DNA of 32,978 bases from Nemertoderma westbladi (lineage: Eukaryota > Animalia > Xenacoelomorpha): positions 1 through 32,978 of the forward strand of contig JAUCBJ010007885.1 in NCBI GenBank assembly GCA_032718475.1, in the 5' to 3' direction. Shown here in pieces: positions 1-11,803 of this stretch. The number at the start of each line of letters is the position of its first letter. Position 1 is the first letter of the stretch. The notes under the pieces are model-generated. The model was not told the origin of the DNA and searched no databases. It worked only from the letters and a program-made list of their open reading frames with translations. A program made the translations under genes and the position numbers.

Positions 1-1678
1 ATTCTATAAAGATCAAAAAAGAAACCTGCGTTTGTTCAGATAAACGTAAGTTATAACAGTAAGTCCAATCGATAAACGAATTGGCCTTATCTCAGTTCGA
101 TTGGGAAACCTCGAATCTCAAAGAAGATATCAAGCTTAGAAAACCCTATTCTCTGCGAGAGTTTTGGACGAACGTATCCCATGACAAGCGGAGGAAAATC
201 AGCTCGAGGAAAAGCATATCGAAATGGACGAGACACCGACCGTAAACCCAAATCTTTTAATGCAATCATATTGCACCCTTCACCCAGGAGTTATGGCCCT
301 CCTAGTAAAGTGGCTCCCCCAAAGAGAAAAGGACTCTTGCTAGCCTCAAGAAACTGCGTAAACGCCGTCCGCGCAAGAAAGACTAACTGTTTAGAGTATT
401 TTTATATTTTAGAAACTGTGATTTTGTATATTTTATAGACTTAAATCCCATTTTCTGGGAGCGGTGTAAAAGCTTTTGTGGGATAACTGATTCGTTTGCC
501 TTGTTGGCCAGTTCCCCCCCAGTCGCTAAGAATACTCTCAAAGTGATCTACAGTTAAAAATAGTGCAAGTTACCAGCTTATTGGCTGATTTGCTATACAC
601 AGGCATCTGGGCTCTGTTTAATCGGCCAACAAGCCTAGGGAGGTTGCGTCATAGCCTTGTGTTGTATCTCCCAATAGAATTTGAGTTAGCCTTGATTTCG
701 ACCTATCACAGAGCACTGAACTGAAAATTTCCTATCTCACTGCTCTTTCTCTGTGTTGAACGGGAGCTTCGTGGAATAAGGGAGTTGGTATCCTCGTATA
801 GAGCAGTAGTCACGAGTTTTTCAAAGCCACGAAAGAACGGCTTTTTAGTGTTTTGTGCTTTCTGCTTTTTAGCTCAACACTAGTAGGTTTAATTACAAGG
901 ACATATATCCTTTAACTGACGAAACAAACACTCTGCAATTTCGTAATCACTGCATACTGCAGTACTGCATACACTGCATACTGTGTAATACTGTGCATAC
1001 TTTTATATTGTTATACTGCTATTTACTGTCAGTTCTTCATAATATGGTTGATGAATTATTATATTTGGAATAACGAGAAATAACCCCGAAACCCAATATT
1101 CTTGATATACCGAAGGTAAGAGAGAAAGGTTACAGATAAACGATTGTGACTTATGTTAAAGTGGTTTGAAGTGAATCTAATGTTATTTGATAGACCCTAC
1201 ATGAGTCAGTCTGTGTTCCTTTTATATGTGACTAAAATCAGTGAAGATCGGCAGATTAGTGTGCAGTATTGTGCAGCATTGTGTATGAGTGAGTCTGTTA
1301 AAGAAGCATTCCTAAAGAATGCGCCATATATGTGAATTATAATTAAGCCATGTCGTTGTGAGTAGTTTAAGTCATAACTCTGTTTATGTAGATAAAGCGC
1401 CACGTCCTAAAGGAACTGTTAATATTCCCGAAGGTAAATAATATTGTCAGAGATTATATAATACTGTCAGTCGAATAATACATTAGGCTTACATAGCAAC
1501 AAAATTAAACCGTCGAACCCAATCTCCCGGGAATATCCAGCGGGTGAATGGTCGCGCACGGATTGGTTTCGACTAGTGTAGTGAATCAAATACTTGTCAT
1601 AGGCTAAAAAGCGATTTAATATCTAGAAGACATCTTAATTTGGCGGGTTAAACTGCCAAAGGTCTGAAAGCGCGAACA
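1..1678 (+). mobile_element. 3' end of a BEL/Pao-related LTR retrotransposon (end of accessory ORF, PPT, 3' LTR); 5' part lies outside the window
   Basis: About 258-545 and 1050-1678 are inverted homologs of 12960-13250 and 11804-12460, the 3' end of the BEL element at 11804-22209. The peptide AIILHPSPRSY..P.KVA and, after a 1-bp deletion, KKLRKRRPRKKD* is shared. Confidence 0.85.
465..1678 (+). repeat. LTR (~1214 bp, TGT...ACA)
   Basis: Begins TGTAAAAGCTT right after the purine-rich CTGGGAGCGG (PPT-like) and ends AAAGCGCGAACA. Homology to the second copy stops exactly at this ACA. Confidence 0.75.
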
Positions 1679-1769
1679 ATACTTGAGTGTTTAAAGCTCA
1701 TCTATCTCATCACAGTAGACATGTACCGAACAACAAGAGTCCCACAAGAAATGAAAACAAATAAGTTGG

Positions 1770-2766
1770 CACAGAACCATTTGAAGTGTTATGGGGCGTC
1801 CTCCAGGGAGACACACTTGCACCGTTCTTGTTCATAATTGTGGTTGTCTATGTTCTACGCATGTCCTTAGATCATCATAATAATGATGGGGTGATGTTAA
1901 CTCCACCTACTGGCTCCAGAAATCGAGGAAATCCTGCCAAGTACCTAACTGATCTAGACTTTGCTGATGACTTAGGAGTACTCTCAGAATCACTTGAGGG
2001 AGCCCAACGGCTCCTCAGCTCATTAGAACATGCTGCTTCTGGTGTTGGTCTTTTTATTAACTCTAGAAAGACCAAAATTTTGACTCTTAACTTTGAAAGT
2101 CCTCAGCAAGTCTCTGATCGGATGAGCATAAGCTCAAAGGATGGTATGCTTGAGCATGTGGACGACATCTGTTACCTGGGGTCATGGATCCGGAAGTCAG
2201 GTAAGGATCTTCGAATACGTAAGGGAAAGGCATGGGCAGCCTTGAATAGGCTCTCAAGTATTTAGAAGTCACCGATAATTAATCGGAAACTTAAAGTCTG
2301 ATTATTTAGAGCAGCAGTAGTTCCAGTACTCGTCTATGGGAGTCTATGCTGGGCTATAACTGCTGAGGACACCAAATCTCTGGATGGGACATTCACAATA
2401 ATGCTACACCGGGATCATTGTGTCAAGTACAATGCACACATCTCCAACCTGACACTATATAACATTGGAGGTGTTTCATTGGTACCCCCAAGCTTGACAC
2501 TAGAACAAAATCGCCTCCGCTTTGCAGGACATAGCTTTCGCCGTGAGGACCAGCCAGTGCATAATCTTGTACTTTGGCAGCCTCATGGAATGAATAAGCA
2601 TGGTGGACAGCCCATGACTTTCTTGAGACGCATTTTAAAGGACACTGGCCTTGAAGATGCGGATGATCTAGCAAATTTCATGGGTGATAGGGAGTTGTGG
2701 TGGCGCAATTTTGTCGACAAGCCGGCACAGCATTCTTAAAAATGCAGCAGCAATGCAGCAATGCAA
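1770..2766 (+). mobile_element. 5'-truncated, decayed non-LTR retrotransposon (RTE-like), RT C-terminal half
   Basis: A single frame 1786-2739 holds GVLQGDTLAPFLF, LDFADDL, YLGSWI, LVYG and RLRFAGH. It is broken by in-frame stops TAG 2263 and TGA 2299. A short (AATGCAGC)n tail follows the terminal stop. Clade call is from motif style only. Confidence 0.85.
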
Positions 2767-3007
2767 CTACTGCAGCCTAGTAGTAGGCGGGGCTTTGTTT
2801 ACACGAATTTCAGTAATGTGCCCCAGATGGTTCATGGTGATCTTGGTATATACAGTATGTACCTCTAAACGAAAAATATTGCCAAATTTTAAGTAAAGTG
2901 GAAGTAGGCCTACAGTATTGAAATGTCCAATTACATATTCTCTAATCCTAATCTCTCCCTCACTCACTCCCTCACTCTCTTCTCTCTCTCACACAAATTA
3001 AACTTAC

Positions 3008-4906
3008 AAAGTTTGGGCAGCTATGGCAATAACATGATCCCCTCCAGATTGGTTTCTAGAAGGAGGAATAACTGTGAAGTAAGTTGTAATCTCTTCCGAA
3101 ATAGCATTGTCCTTCCAGGCCACGTCAACCTAAAGTTAAACCAGGTAAATTTGTATCACTCTATAATATTATACACTATTACATATGGTATGGTGGGCAG
3201 AACCCAACATCCTCTTTCGACACCTGGCTAGAGCCCTCTGTTACGGGAGCGATCCCTGAGATCAATATGTCACCTTAAACAGTTATTAGCCAAAATGGGA
3301 AACAATTAACACCCCGGTTTGTAAGCGCCAAAAGGTCAAGGACCCCGATTGTAAATGATACTAAATGTTAAACCTATTGTTTCATGTGTATATTTATTGG
3401 TATGGTGCATATAACAACCTACTATAGGCATCGGCTTACTAACCACAAGCCGTTGCCCATTCATCGGATCTTCATCGATTAATCAGGAAAGTAAGCAAAT
3501 TAATAAACAAGGCTATAATAGTGAAGTAGCAGCTCTGACATCTCATTGGTTAGGGCAGCAATAACCAAACCCCTCTCAAGCTAACAGCAGCTTATACTAC
3601 TGTAATAATGTCTAAATTTAGCTACATGCGCCTCTCAAACCTGAGAAACGGCTTTAGTTTTAACCAAGTTCTGATTTATGTGACGGTTCTGATTTATGTG
3701 ACAATTCAGACTTGTGCTTTTAGTGGTTACTGTTTATTACCTATATATTTCTATTGTATACATGGAAGGAAGAACAAAAGACTAGTTTTCCCAAGACCTA
3801 GGTCACGTCATCCGTCCCCCAAGAACTAGTGAGAACACACCAAACTCTAAACCTCACCCGCACAGTAACCGGCTGTGCATCTTCTCTAAGATCTAGGTGG
3901 AAGTTGCGTTCCTAAGATGGAGCTCCCTCTGTCTCCATGGTTCACGGTGTTCCTGGCGTGGACTCGGATTCGGGGATGGCTCAGTACTGATGGGTACCGC
4001 GCTGCAGGATGGTTCATGATGACGGCTGATTGCGCCATACGATGACTGTAGGGATGTGTGACTTCCGGTCGCAGATTTCACTTCCTGTAGCTCCGTTAGG
4101 GTTAGTGTGCATTTGAGTTGTAAAGGACCTAAATCGAGAGAATCTTCTCATTTGGACCGTTTCAACAACTTGCTAGTTCACCAACAACTGGCCAATCTAA
4201 ATTAACTGTATGATCCTAAAGCTAGTTTGGGCATTAGTCTACCAGAAGTGCGCCTTAGCGTACTTCTATTGTTGTAAATTTGGCGCTATACAAATGCATT
4301 ATTATTATTATTATTATTATAACAACATAATGTTGTGAACGATTGCTGGGGGGGGGGGGGGGGGGGGGTTGTAATAAAATCTTCGTTAAATAGTTTACGG
4401 GATAAAATTTCATCGGTTATTGAACGTCAGAAATGTTAAAGTATAGATATTAATAATAATGAATATAATTGATTTATTAATTATGCTACACTATATATAT
4501 TACATTATACTATTATATTATACTATATTATTTATTAATAATTACATATGAATAGTAAATAAAGTAGTTCACGTTCTACTAACCCAGGGAATCCAATCGT
4601 GTAATAGTAAATAAAGTAGTTCACGTTCTACTAACCCAGGGAATCCAATCGTGTGTCAATGATTCTACTTTATAGCCCAGATACTCTAGTCGATCAGCTA
4701 TGTAATTAGCCTTTCGGTTAGAGACAACAACAGCAGCCTTGTCATCGTCGCTGGGAATATCGTCGTCCGTAAACATCGATTCCAACATCATTGTAAGACA
4801 CGCCTTGTTGGTAACTGAGTCATCAAACTTACAAATTCCTTCTTCAGTCATAGTGGTAAAAACTTCTCCGATAGCCTGCGAATGGTCATGGGCGGTCACG
4901 ATATTT
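3008..4906 (-). CDS. Two exons (4906-4636, 3129-3008) of a divergent M28 peptidase-like paralog, N-terminal part; partial model
   Basis: Phase-0 donor TGG|GTTAGT joins in frame to phase-0 acceptor TTTAG|GTT; the second exon ends TT|GTAAGT. Peptide ...CLTMMLESMF...ANYIADRLEYLGYKVE...ITTYFTVIPP...DHVIAIAAQT follows the M28 N-terminal pattern (YI...L...GY.V; D.IIV.GAHYD) with Q in place of H. Confidence 0.55.
4244..4320 (+). mobile_element. 3' tail of an L2/CR1-type LINE or partner SINE
   Basis: Hairpin AGAAGTGCGC...GCGTACTTCT, then GGCGCTATACAAAT and an (ATT)n tail, the typical layout of L2-clade 3' ends. Confidence 0.55.
4551..4654. repeat. Perfect 52-bp tandem duplication
   Basis: AATAGTAAATAAAGTAGTTCACGTTCTACTAACCCAGGGAATCCAATCGTGT occurs twice (4551-4602, 4603-4654). 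Confidence 0.95.
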
Positions 4907-5319
4907 CTTTAATCACTTATGTAAAGAAAAATAATATGAAAAACTTGATGCTATAAAGTCCTGAACCCTTATTTGAACTATCGGACGGCCGGGCCGTCCT
5001 CAGTGGATTTATATAAAATCAGTGAAATATATACCAGATAACATTTAATTAAGTAAAAATAATAGAAATAAAATATAATACATCATGTAATACAACATAG
5101 AGATATAATTTCATTACATTAACTCGTCTGATAGATCAATAAATACAGCAAGTAAATAAACTAAAACAGGATATCACTTGATTTTTATTTCTAATTTAAA
5201 TAGAATATTAATGAAATTAAACAATACACCCATCACCGTCAGGTAATTGTCTTGATGCTACCAGGAAAACAATCAGTCAAATATAAATATTATATTTGAG
5301 ATTCTAAATACCTTTAATA

Positions 5320-6263
5320 CACCATGACCCGTAATATAGTGTCAGTTTCTGATGACACCCCCCCCCCCCCCAAAAAAAAATTTTTTTTCTACAAATCTTT
5401 ATCATATTGCTTGAAATTAGAAACACAACTAGTTCAACTCACCGTGGTTGTTACCATGAAGCCGGAATTTTCTATTACGCCTTTAAATTTTTTTTATAAG
5501 CGTTTTAAAAAAGTGTCTTTTGCGAAATCGCACCCTCCGTATCATTACCATTCTCCATATTAGTCGTGCTTTTTCATATCAATAGAAAGCTTGCGTTGCA
5601 AGGATTCCAAATATATAACAATGTGTGAATTTCGTTGAGAATCAGCTGAGATATAGGCGTTTAAAGATTGCAATAATTATCGTTCGCTGCAGGCCATTTA
5701 TTCTATTTAATAAAATACACAATGTTCTGGAACAATTTGTTTAAGTATGAATAGCTATGCAATATAGATATTGTATAGGCATACCGCTGTTGCCAACCAA
5801 CTCATAAAATAAATAACACGTTCTAGAATTTTGTGTATTTATTAAATAGAATAAATGGCCTGCAGCGAACAATAATTCTTGCAATCTTTGAGCGCCTATA
5901 TCTCAGTTGTTTCTCAACGAAATTCAGATATTGTTACATATTTGGAATCCTTGTAACGCAAGCTTTCTATTGATATGAAAAAAAAACACAACTAAGAATG
6001 TGAACAGTGAAGAATGGCGGACGGATGCGGATGGATACGGATGATACGGATGGATGGTGCGATTTCGCAAAAGACACTTATTTAAAACGCTTATAAAAAA
6101 ATTTTTAAGGCGTAATAGAAAATACCGGCTTCATGGTAACAACCACCACGGTGAGTTGAACCAGTTGTGTTTCAAATTTCAAGCAATATAATAAAGATTT
6201 GTAGAAAAATTTGGGGGGGTGTCCGTGTCATCAGAAAATGACACTATATTACGGGTCATGGTG
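5320..6263. mobile_element. Fold-back MITE with TA target duplication (Tc1/mariner-type)
   Basis: TA|CACCATGACCCGTAATATAGTGTCA ... TGACACTATATTACGGGTCATGGTG|TA. The inverted arms (~420-450 bp) run almost to the centre, leaving a loop at about 5750-5800. No coding capacity. Confidence 0.9.
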
Positions 6264-6344
6264 TATGACTATTTCCAAATGAATCATATTATATTGGCTA
6301 ACTATTATCTGTATGATCAAACACTTCAGACTAATATTACTTAC

Positions 6345-9300
6345 AGCGGTTACTTTACTCATTAGCATCAAGTTATTTTGCGTAATATGAGATTCATCAT
6401 CACATTGTTTGTGATAACATTGTTTCATATAACCTGAAAGAGTGAATAAAGAAGGCGGTGAATCACTGAATAACTAATAATTAATAATAATTAATATTTA
6501 GCAAATTTGTTATTACGTTTTGATTACTATGATAATTTAAGACAACAATTAAGGTTGGCGGTTGGCAGGGTTTTCTAACCAAACAATACTGTTACCTACG
6601 GTAAAATAAATTGTTAGTGAATAGTTTATATCGTTATCATCAACACCCAAATTAGTTTCCGTTTCCAGATCAGAGTATTTTGGAATGACTGAATGCGCAA
6701 ACTACAGGCATTTGTTCATAATCTATTGAAAAATGTGAAGTGAAATAAGAAGTGAAATACGTAGACAATGTTAGGACATAACTTTTTACAAACCTCTTAA
6801 CTCGCCAGTGTCAGTAATGAATATCGCGTTCATTCTGGGATGGGCCGACCAAAACCTCGCGTGATCGGCACGGAGTAGGTGATTAGTTGGGCCGTAGTCT
6901 GTGAGATAAAAACAGATACATTCAAAAAATTAATGATATTAAGTAATTATGTAATATACGGTACATTGCTAAAAATTAAAATATTTAATTATCTCACCTG
7001 GTAGCTCAGCTGGGTGAAAAATTGGAATAGCAAAATATTGTGCATTTGGATTGAAACTTGGAATAAGTGACCCAATCAGAATCTGCTGTTCAGCCGGCGT
7101 CGATATCATAAATAATCCGTTCCCTTTCTGCCCGTCGGCGATGTATTGGTTTATCATATTCTTCATCTCATCAGAAGCGTCTGATAACAAAGCATCTTTC
7201 AAGCCGGACGGTATCTCCTAAAATATTATCGAATAATATATTAACTATTAACCATAATATATATTATAGTGAAAAATAGGGAGGATGGGTAAATCTAAAT
7301 AGTATATTTAATTTTCGAGCCGTAGACCCCCGTAGGTACCGTAGACAATAAATAGATTTTATATATTTACTTAATTTAAATCAGATGGATATAAACTATT
7401 CTTACATTTGTAGGCATACCTAAGTGTCAAAGAGTTTCTAGAGTTACTAGGGTTACTATAGTTACTGTTAATTATAATTACCATTACAATAATAATAATA
7501 GCTAAATACCTGAGAATTAGGTGTATCATCCCAGTTCATCATTGTGTCTACAACAATGTGGATGAGAACATCCTCGTTTCTGTAGCCAAATTTATCCTTC
7601 AATTCTTTCCACCAGGTATCAATGAATACCTGGGCACCAATCACTGAAACAAACCAAAATAAAGATGATGATGATGCTATAAACATAATTATATATATAT
7701 TTATTTATTATTTTATTTATTAAATTTTCTGCTCGGCGTTAAATACACAGTAAAATAAAGTAAACTCTATGATGGACTTTTGGGAGGCTAGATATAACGG
7801 CATGAAATAAAGTAACTGTATTCTTTCAGTATGATTATACCGTATTCTACGGTCACGCTAGGTAGGCCTAAACTGTAAGTCATTCATCACAGTTGCAGAC
7901 AGCACAAGATACATTGGTCGTTACCGGTACTGTACCGGGGGGCGGGACCGTTGGTGTCAATTATTATATCGATGCCTACACCTAGTCTGCCTACTTATTC
8001 ATCCTTTGGGCTGCAATCAGCATAAGCTACTTAGTTTGATAAGGGTAGGCCTACCGTACCGGTACCCATATTCTAATTAATAAAACTTCTAAACTTGAAA
8101 GAAATCAAATTACATGATCGATTTAAATAAAGTATCTGTATTTCACTTTCAGGTTCTCGTTTCATATTTTACTCACTGGCTTACGCTCGTTCGTTGAAAT
8201 ATTCAAACTCGAGCTAGCGTGAAATACAGTGCTACTCTGTTTAAATAGAATATACTGTACTTTATATTTAATATCATCTGAATTTCTTCGTTTATTTGGA
8301 GTCAGTAAGAATTCCCTGAGTTGTCACTTTATATTATATTTGAAACATTGAGCCGCAATGAACTAGGCTCAAGTCGCGGTGAGCCAGGCTCAAGTCGCGG
8401 TGTGCCAGGCTCAAGTCACGGTGAACCAGGCTCAAATCGCGGTGAGCCAGTCTCAAGTCGCGGTGAGCCAGGCTCAAGTCCCGGTGAGCCAGGCTCAAGT
8501 CGCGGTGAGCCAGGCTCAAGTCGCGGAGCCAGGCTCATGTCGCGGGTGAGTCAGGTAGGGTGTACCTTCAAAGTGAAACTATTATTTATATTAAAGTGGC
8601 CACATTCAGCCACCGTACTCAGCCACATTCAGCCACCGTACTCAGCCACATTCAGCCACCGTACTAAGACATATTCAGCCGCCGCACTCAGCCACAGTAC
8701 TCAGCCATATTCAGCCACCGTACTCAGACACTTTCAACCACCGTACTCAGACACATTCAGCCACCGTACTCAGCCACATTCAGCCACCGTACTCAGCCAC
8801 ATTCAGCCACCGTACTCAGCCACATACAGCCGCCGTACTAAGCCATATTCAGCCACCGTACTCAGCCACATTCAGCCACCGTATTCAGCCACATGCAGCC
8901 ACCGTGCTCAGCCATATTCAGCAACCGTACTCAGCGATATTCAGCCCCCCTACTCCTCCACATTCAGCCACCGTACTCAGCCACATTTTGCCACCGTACT
9001 CAGCCACATTTTGCCACCGTACTCAGCCACATTCAGCCACCGTACTCAGCCACATTCAGCCGCCGTACTCAGACAGATTCAGCCACCGCACTCAGCCACA
9101 TTCAGCTACCGTACTTAGCCACATTCAGCCACCGTACTCAGACACATTCAGCCACCGCACTCAGCCACCGTACTCAGCCACATTCAGCCACCGCACTCAG
9201 CCACCGTACTCAGCCACATTCATCCACCGTACTCAGCCACATTCAGCCATCGCACTCAGCCACACTACTCAGCCACATTCAGCCACCGTACTCAGTCACC

Positions 9301-9847
9301 GTACTCAGCCACCGTACTCAGCCACATTCAGCCACGGTACTCAGCCACATTCAGCCACCGTACTCAGCCACATTCAGCCACGGTACTCAGCCACATTCAG
9401 CCACGGTACTCAGCCACATTCAGCCACCGTTATCTCCCCCTAGCCATGTGTGCTTAGAGCTACAATTATAGTCCACAACTCTCGTCCCCTAACCAGTAAA
9501 ATATACTAGACTAGCGTAATATGCCATCCGAGAGAATAATTAAATTCTGAACTGAATAAACATTCCAATATAAATACATATTACCTGAATGTAATTTTAC
9601 AGATCGCATTACAGATATTTAGGAAAAAATGACAACTATATCTCCCGGGCAATCATAGAAGAGTTCCCAATGACAAATTTATGCGAATTTTCTTAAAGTA
9701 TTTGTTTATAATAATGATGACACTTACACATGTATTCTTCCAAATCAGAGGCGACGGCTATCAAAGTATATTTTCTTGGTTTCTTATTAACCATAAGACG
9801 AATTACTTCAAACATCACAGACATTCCGCTCCCATCATCATCAACAC
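6345..9847 (-). CDS. M28 family Zn-peptidase (YfbL-like), five internal exons: 9847-9728, 7643-7510, 7217-6998, 6898-6794, 6433-6345; first and last exons not found
   Basis: All introns are GT-AG with consistent phases (1,0,1,1). The spliced ~222 aa contains GVDDDGSG, DLEEYMLIGAQVF, VDTMMNW..PNSQ, LLRADHARFW, AIFITDTGELRG and CYHKQCDD, the ordered M28 motifs. Confidence 0.88.
8121..8246. mobile_element. Small (~126 bp) inverted-repeat element (MITE-like) in M28 intron
   Basis: ATTTAAATAAAGTATCTGTATTTCAC pairs imperfectly with GTGAAATACAGTGCTACTCTGTTTAAAT, around a central GCTTACGCTCG motif. Confidence 0.5.
8360..8556. repeat. 21-bp minisatellite, ~9 copies
   Basis: Unit GAGCCAGGCTCAAGTCGCGGT, containing the palindrome GAGCC-A-GGCTC. 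Confidence 0.95.
8598..9429. repeat. 23-bp (10+13) minisatellite, ~36 copies
   Basis: Unit CAGCCACATT-CAGCCACCGTACT, with occasional doubled 13-mers. Confidence 0.95.
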
Positions 9848-9913
9848 CTGAATAAAATAATTATGAGTTACTACTTATACTATTCATTAATAATGTAATA
9901 TATCAAAATATGC

Positions 9914-11803
9914 AAAACTAGTAACTAGTAGCAGTATCCTATCATCAAAACTAGTAACTAGTAGCAGTATCCTATCATCAAAACTAGTAACAATTAGCAG
10001 TATCATATCATCAAAACTGGTAACTAGTAGCAGTATCATCAAAACTAGTAACTAGTAGCAGTATCCTATCATCAAAACTAGTAACTAGTAGCAGTATCAT
10101 ATCATCAAAACTAGTAACTAATAGCAGTATCATCAAAACTAGTAACTAGTAGCAGTATCCTATCATCAAAACTAGTAACTAGTAGCAGTATCCTATCATC
10201 AAAACTAGTAACAATTAGCAGTATCATATCATCAAAACTGGTAACTAGTAGCAGTATCATCAAAACTAGTAACTAGTAGCAGTATCCTATCATCAAAACT
10301 AGTAACTAATAGCAGTATCATCAAAACTAGTAACTAGTAGCAGTATCATCAAAACTAGTAACTAGTAGCAGTATCCTATCATCAAAACTAGTAACTAGTA
10401 GCAGTATGATATCATCAAAACTAGTAACTAATAGCAGTATCATCAAAACTAGTAACTAGTAGCAGTATCATATCATCAAAACTAGTAACTAATAGCAGTA
10501 TCATCAAAACTAGTAACTAGTAGCAGTATCCTATCATCAAAACTAGTAACTAATAGCAGTATCATCAAAACTAGTAACTAGTAGCAGTATCCTATCATCA
10601 AAACTAGTAACTAGTAGCAGTATCATCAAAACTAGTAACTAGTAGCAGTATCATATCAACAAAACTAGTAACTAGTAGCAGTATCAACAAAACTAGTAAC
10701 AAGTAGCAGTATCATATCAACAAAACTAGTAACTAGTAGCAGTATCATATCATCAAAACTAGAAACTAGAAGCAGTATCATATCATCAAAACTAGTAACT
10801 AATAGCAGTATCATATCATCAACACTAGTAACTATTAGTATCATATCAACAAAACTAGTAACTAGTAGCAGTATCATATCATCAAAACTAGAAACTAGAA
10901 GCAGTATCATATCATCAAAACTAGTAACTAATAGCAGTATCATATCATCAACACTAGTAACTATTAGTATCATATCATCAAAACTAGTAACTAGTAGCAG
11001 TATCATATCAACAAAACTAGTAACTAGTAGCAGTATCATCCAAACTAGTAACTAGTAGCAGTATCATATCATCAAAACTAGTAACTAATAGCAGTATCAT
11101 ATCATCAAAACTAGTAACAAGTAGCAGTATCATATCATCAAAACTAGTAACTAGTAGCAGTATCATATCATCAAAACTAGTAACTAATAGCAGTGTCATA
11201 TCATCAAAACTAGTAACTAGTAGCAGTATCATATCAACAAAACTAGTAACTAATAGCAGTATCATCAAAACTAGTAACTAGTAGTATCATATCATCAAAA
11301 CTAGTAACTAATAGCAGTATCATATCATCAAAACTAGTAACAAGTAGCAGTATCATATCATCAAAACTAGTAACTAGTAGCAGTATCATATCATCAAAAC
11401 AAGTAACTAATAGCAGTATCATATCATCAAAACTAGTAACTAGTAGCAGTATCATATCAACCAAACTAGTAACTAGTAGCAGTATCATATCAACAAAACT
11501 AGTAACTAGAAGCAGTATCATCAAAACTAGAAACTAGTAGCAGTATAATATCATCAAAACTAGTAACTAGTAGCAGTATCATATCAACAAAACTAGAAAC
11601 TAGAAGCAGTATCATCAAAACTAGAAACTAGTAGCAGTATAATATCATCAAAACTAGTAACTAATAGCAGTATCATATCATCAACACTAGTAACTATTAG
11701 TATCATTTCATCAAAACTAGAAACTAGTAGCAGTATAATATCATCAAAACTAGTAAATAGTAGCAGTATCATATCAACCAAACTAGTAACTAGTAGCAGT
11801 ATC
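9914..11803. repeat. 33/28-bp minisatellite, ~60 copies, in M28 intron, ending at the BEL LTR
   Basis: Unit AAAACTAGTAACTAGTAGCAGTATCATATCATC, with 28-bp (-5) and 30-bp variants. It stops at GCAGTATC|TGTACGCG. Confidence 0.97.

Noticed and set aside
3780-4110. GC-richer island with GTTAGGGTTAG and ORF 3893-4081
   Set aside because: Too short to be telomeric, no termini or motifs identified; likely an unclassified repeat relic.
4347-4368. Poly-G/C tracts (also ~27175, ~28290, ~29592) as functional G-quadruplexes
   Set aside because: Simple homopolymers with no supporting context.
5170-5290. Terminal exon of the M28 gene
   Set aside because: Candidate acceptors give unconvincing peptides, or plausible peptides lack an AG; left unresolved.
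8321-9471. ORFs with GSSRGEP / HSATVLSHIQPP repeats
   Set aside because: Artefacts of 21- and 23-bp intronic minisatellites; open in several frames.
10665-11781. Hydrophobic MILLLVTSFDD ORFs
   Set aside because: Translation of the 33-bp satellite; frame broken by 28-bp units.
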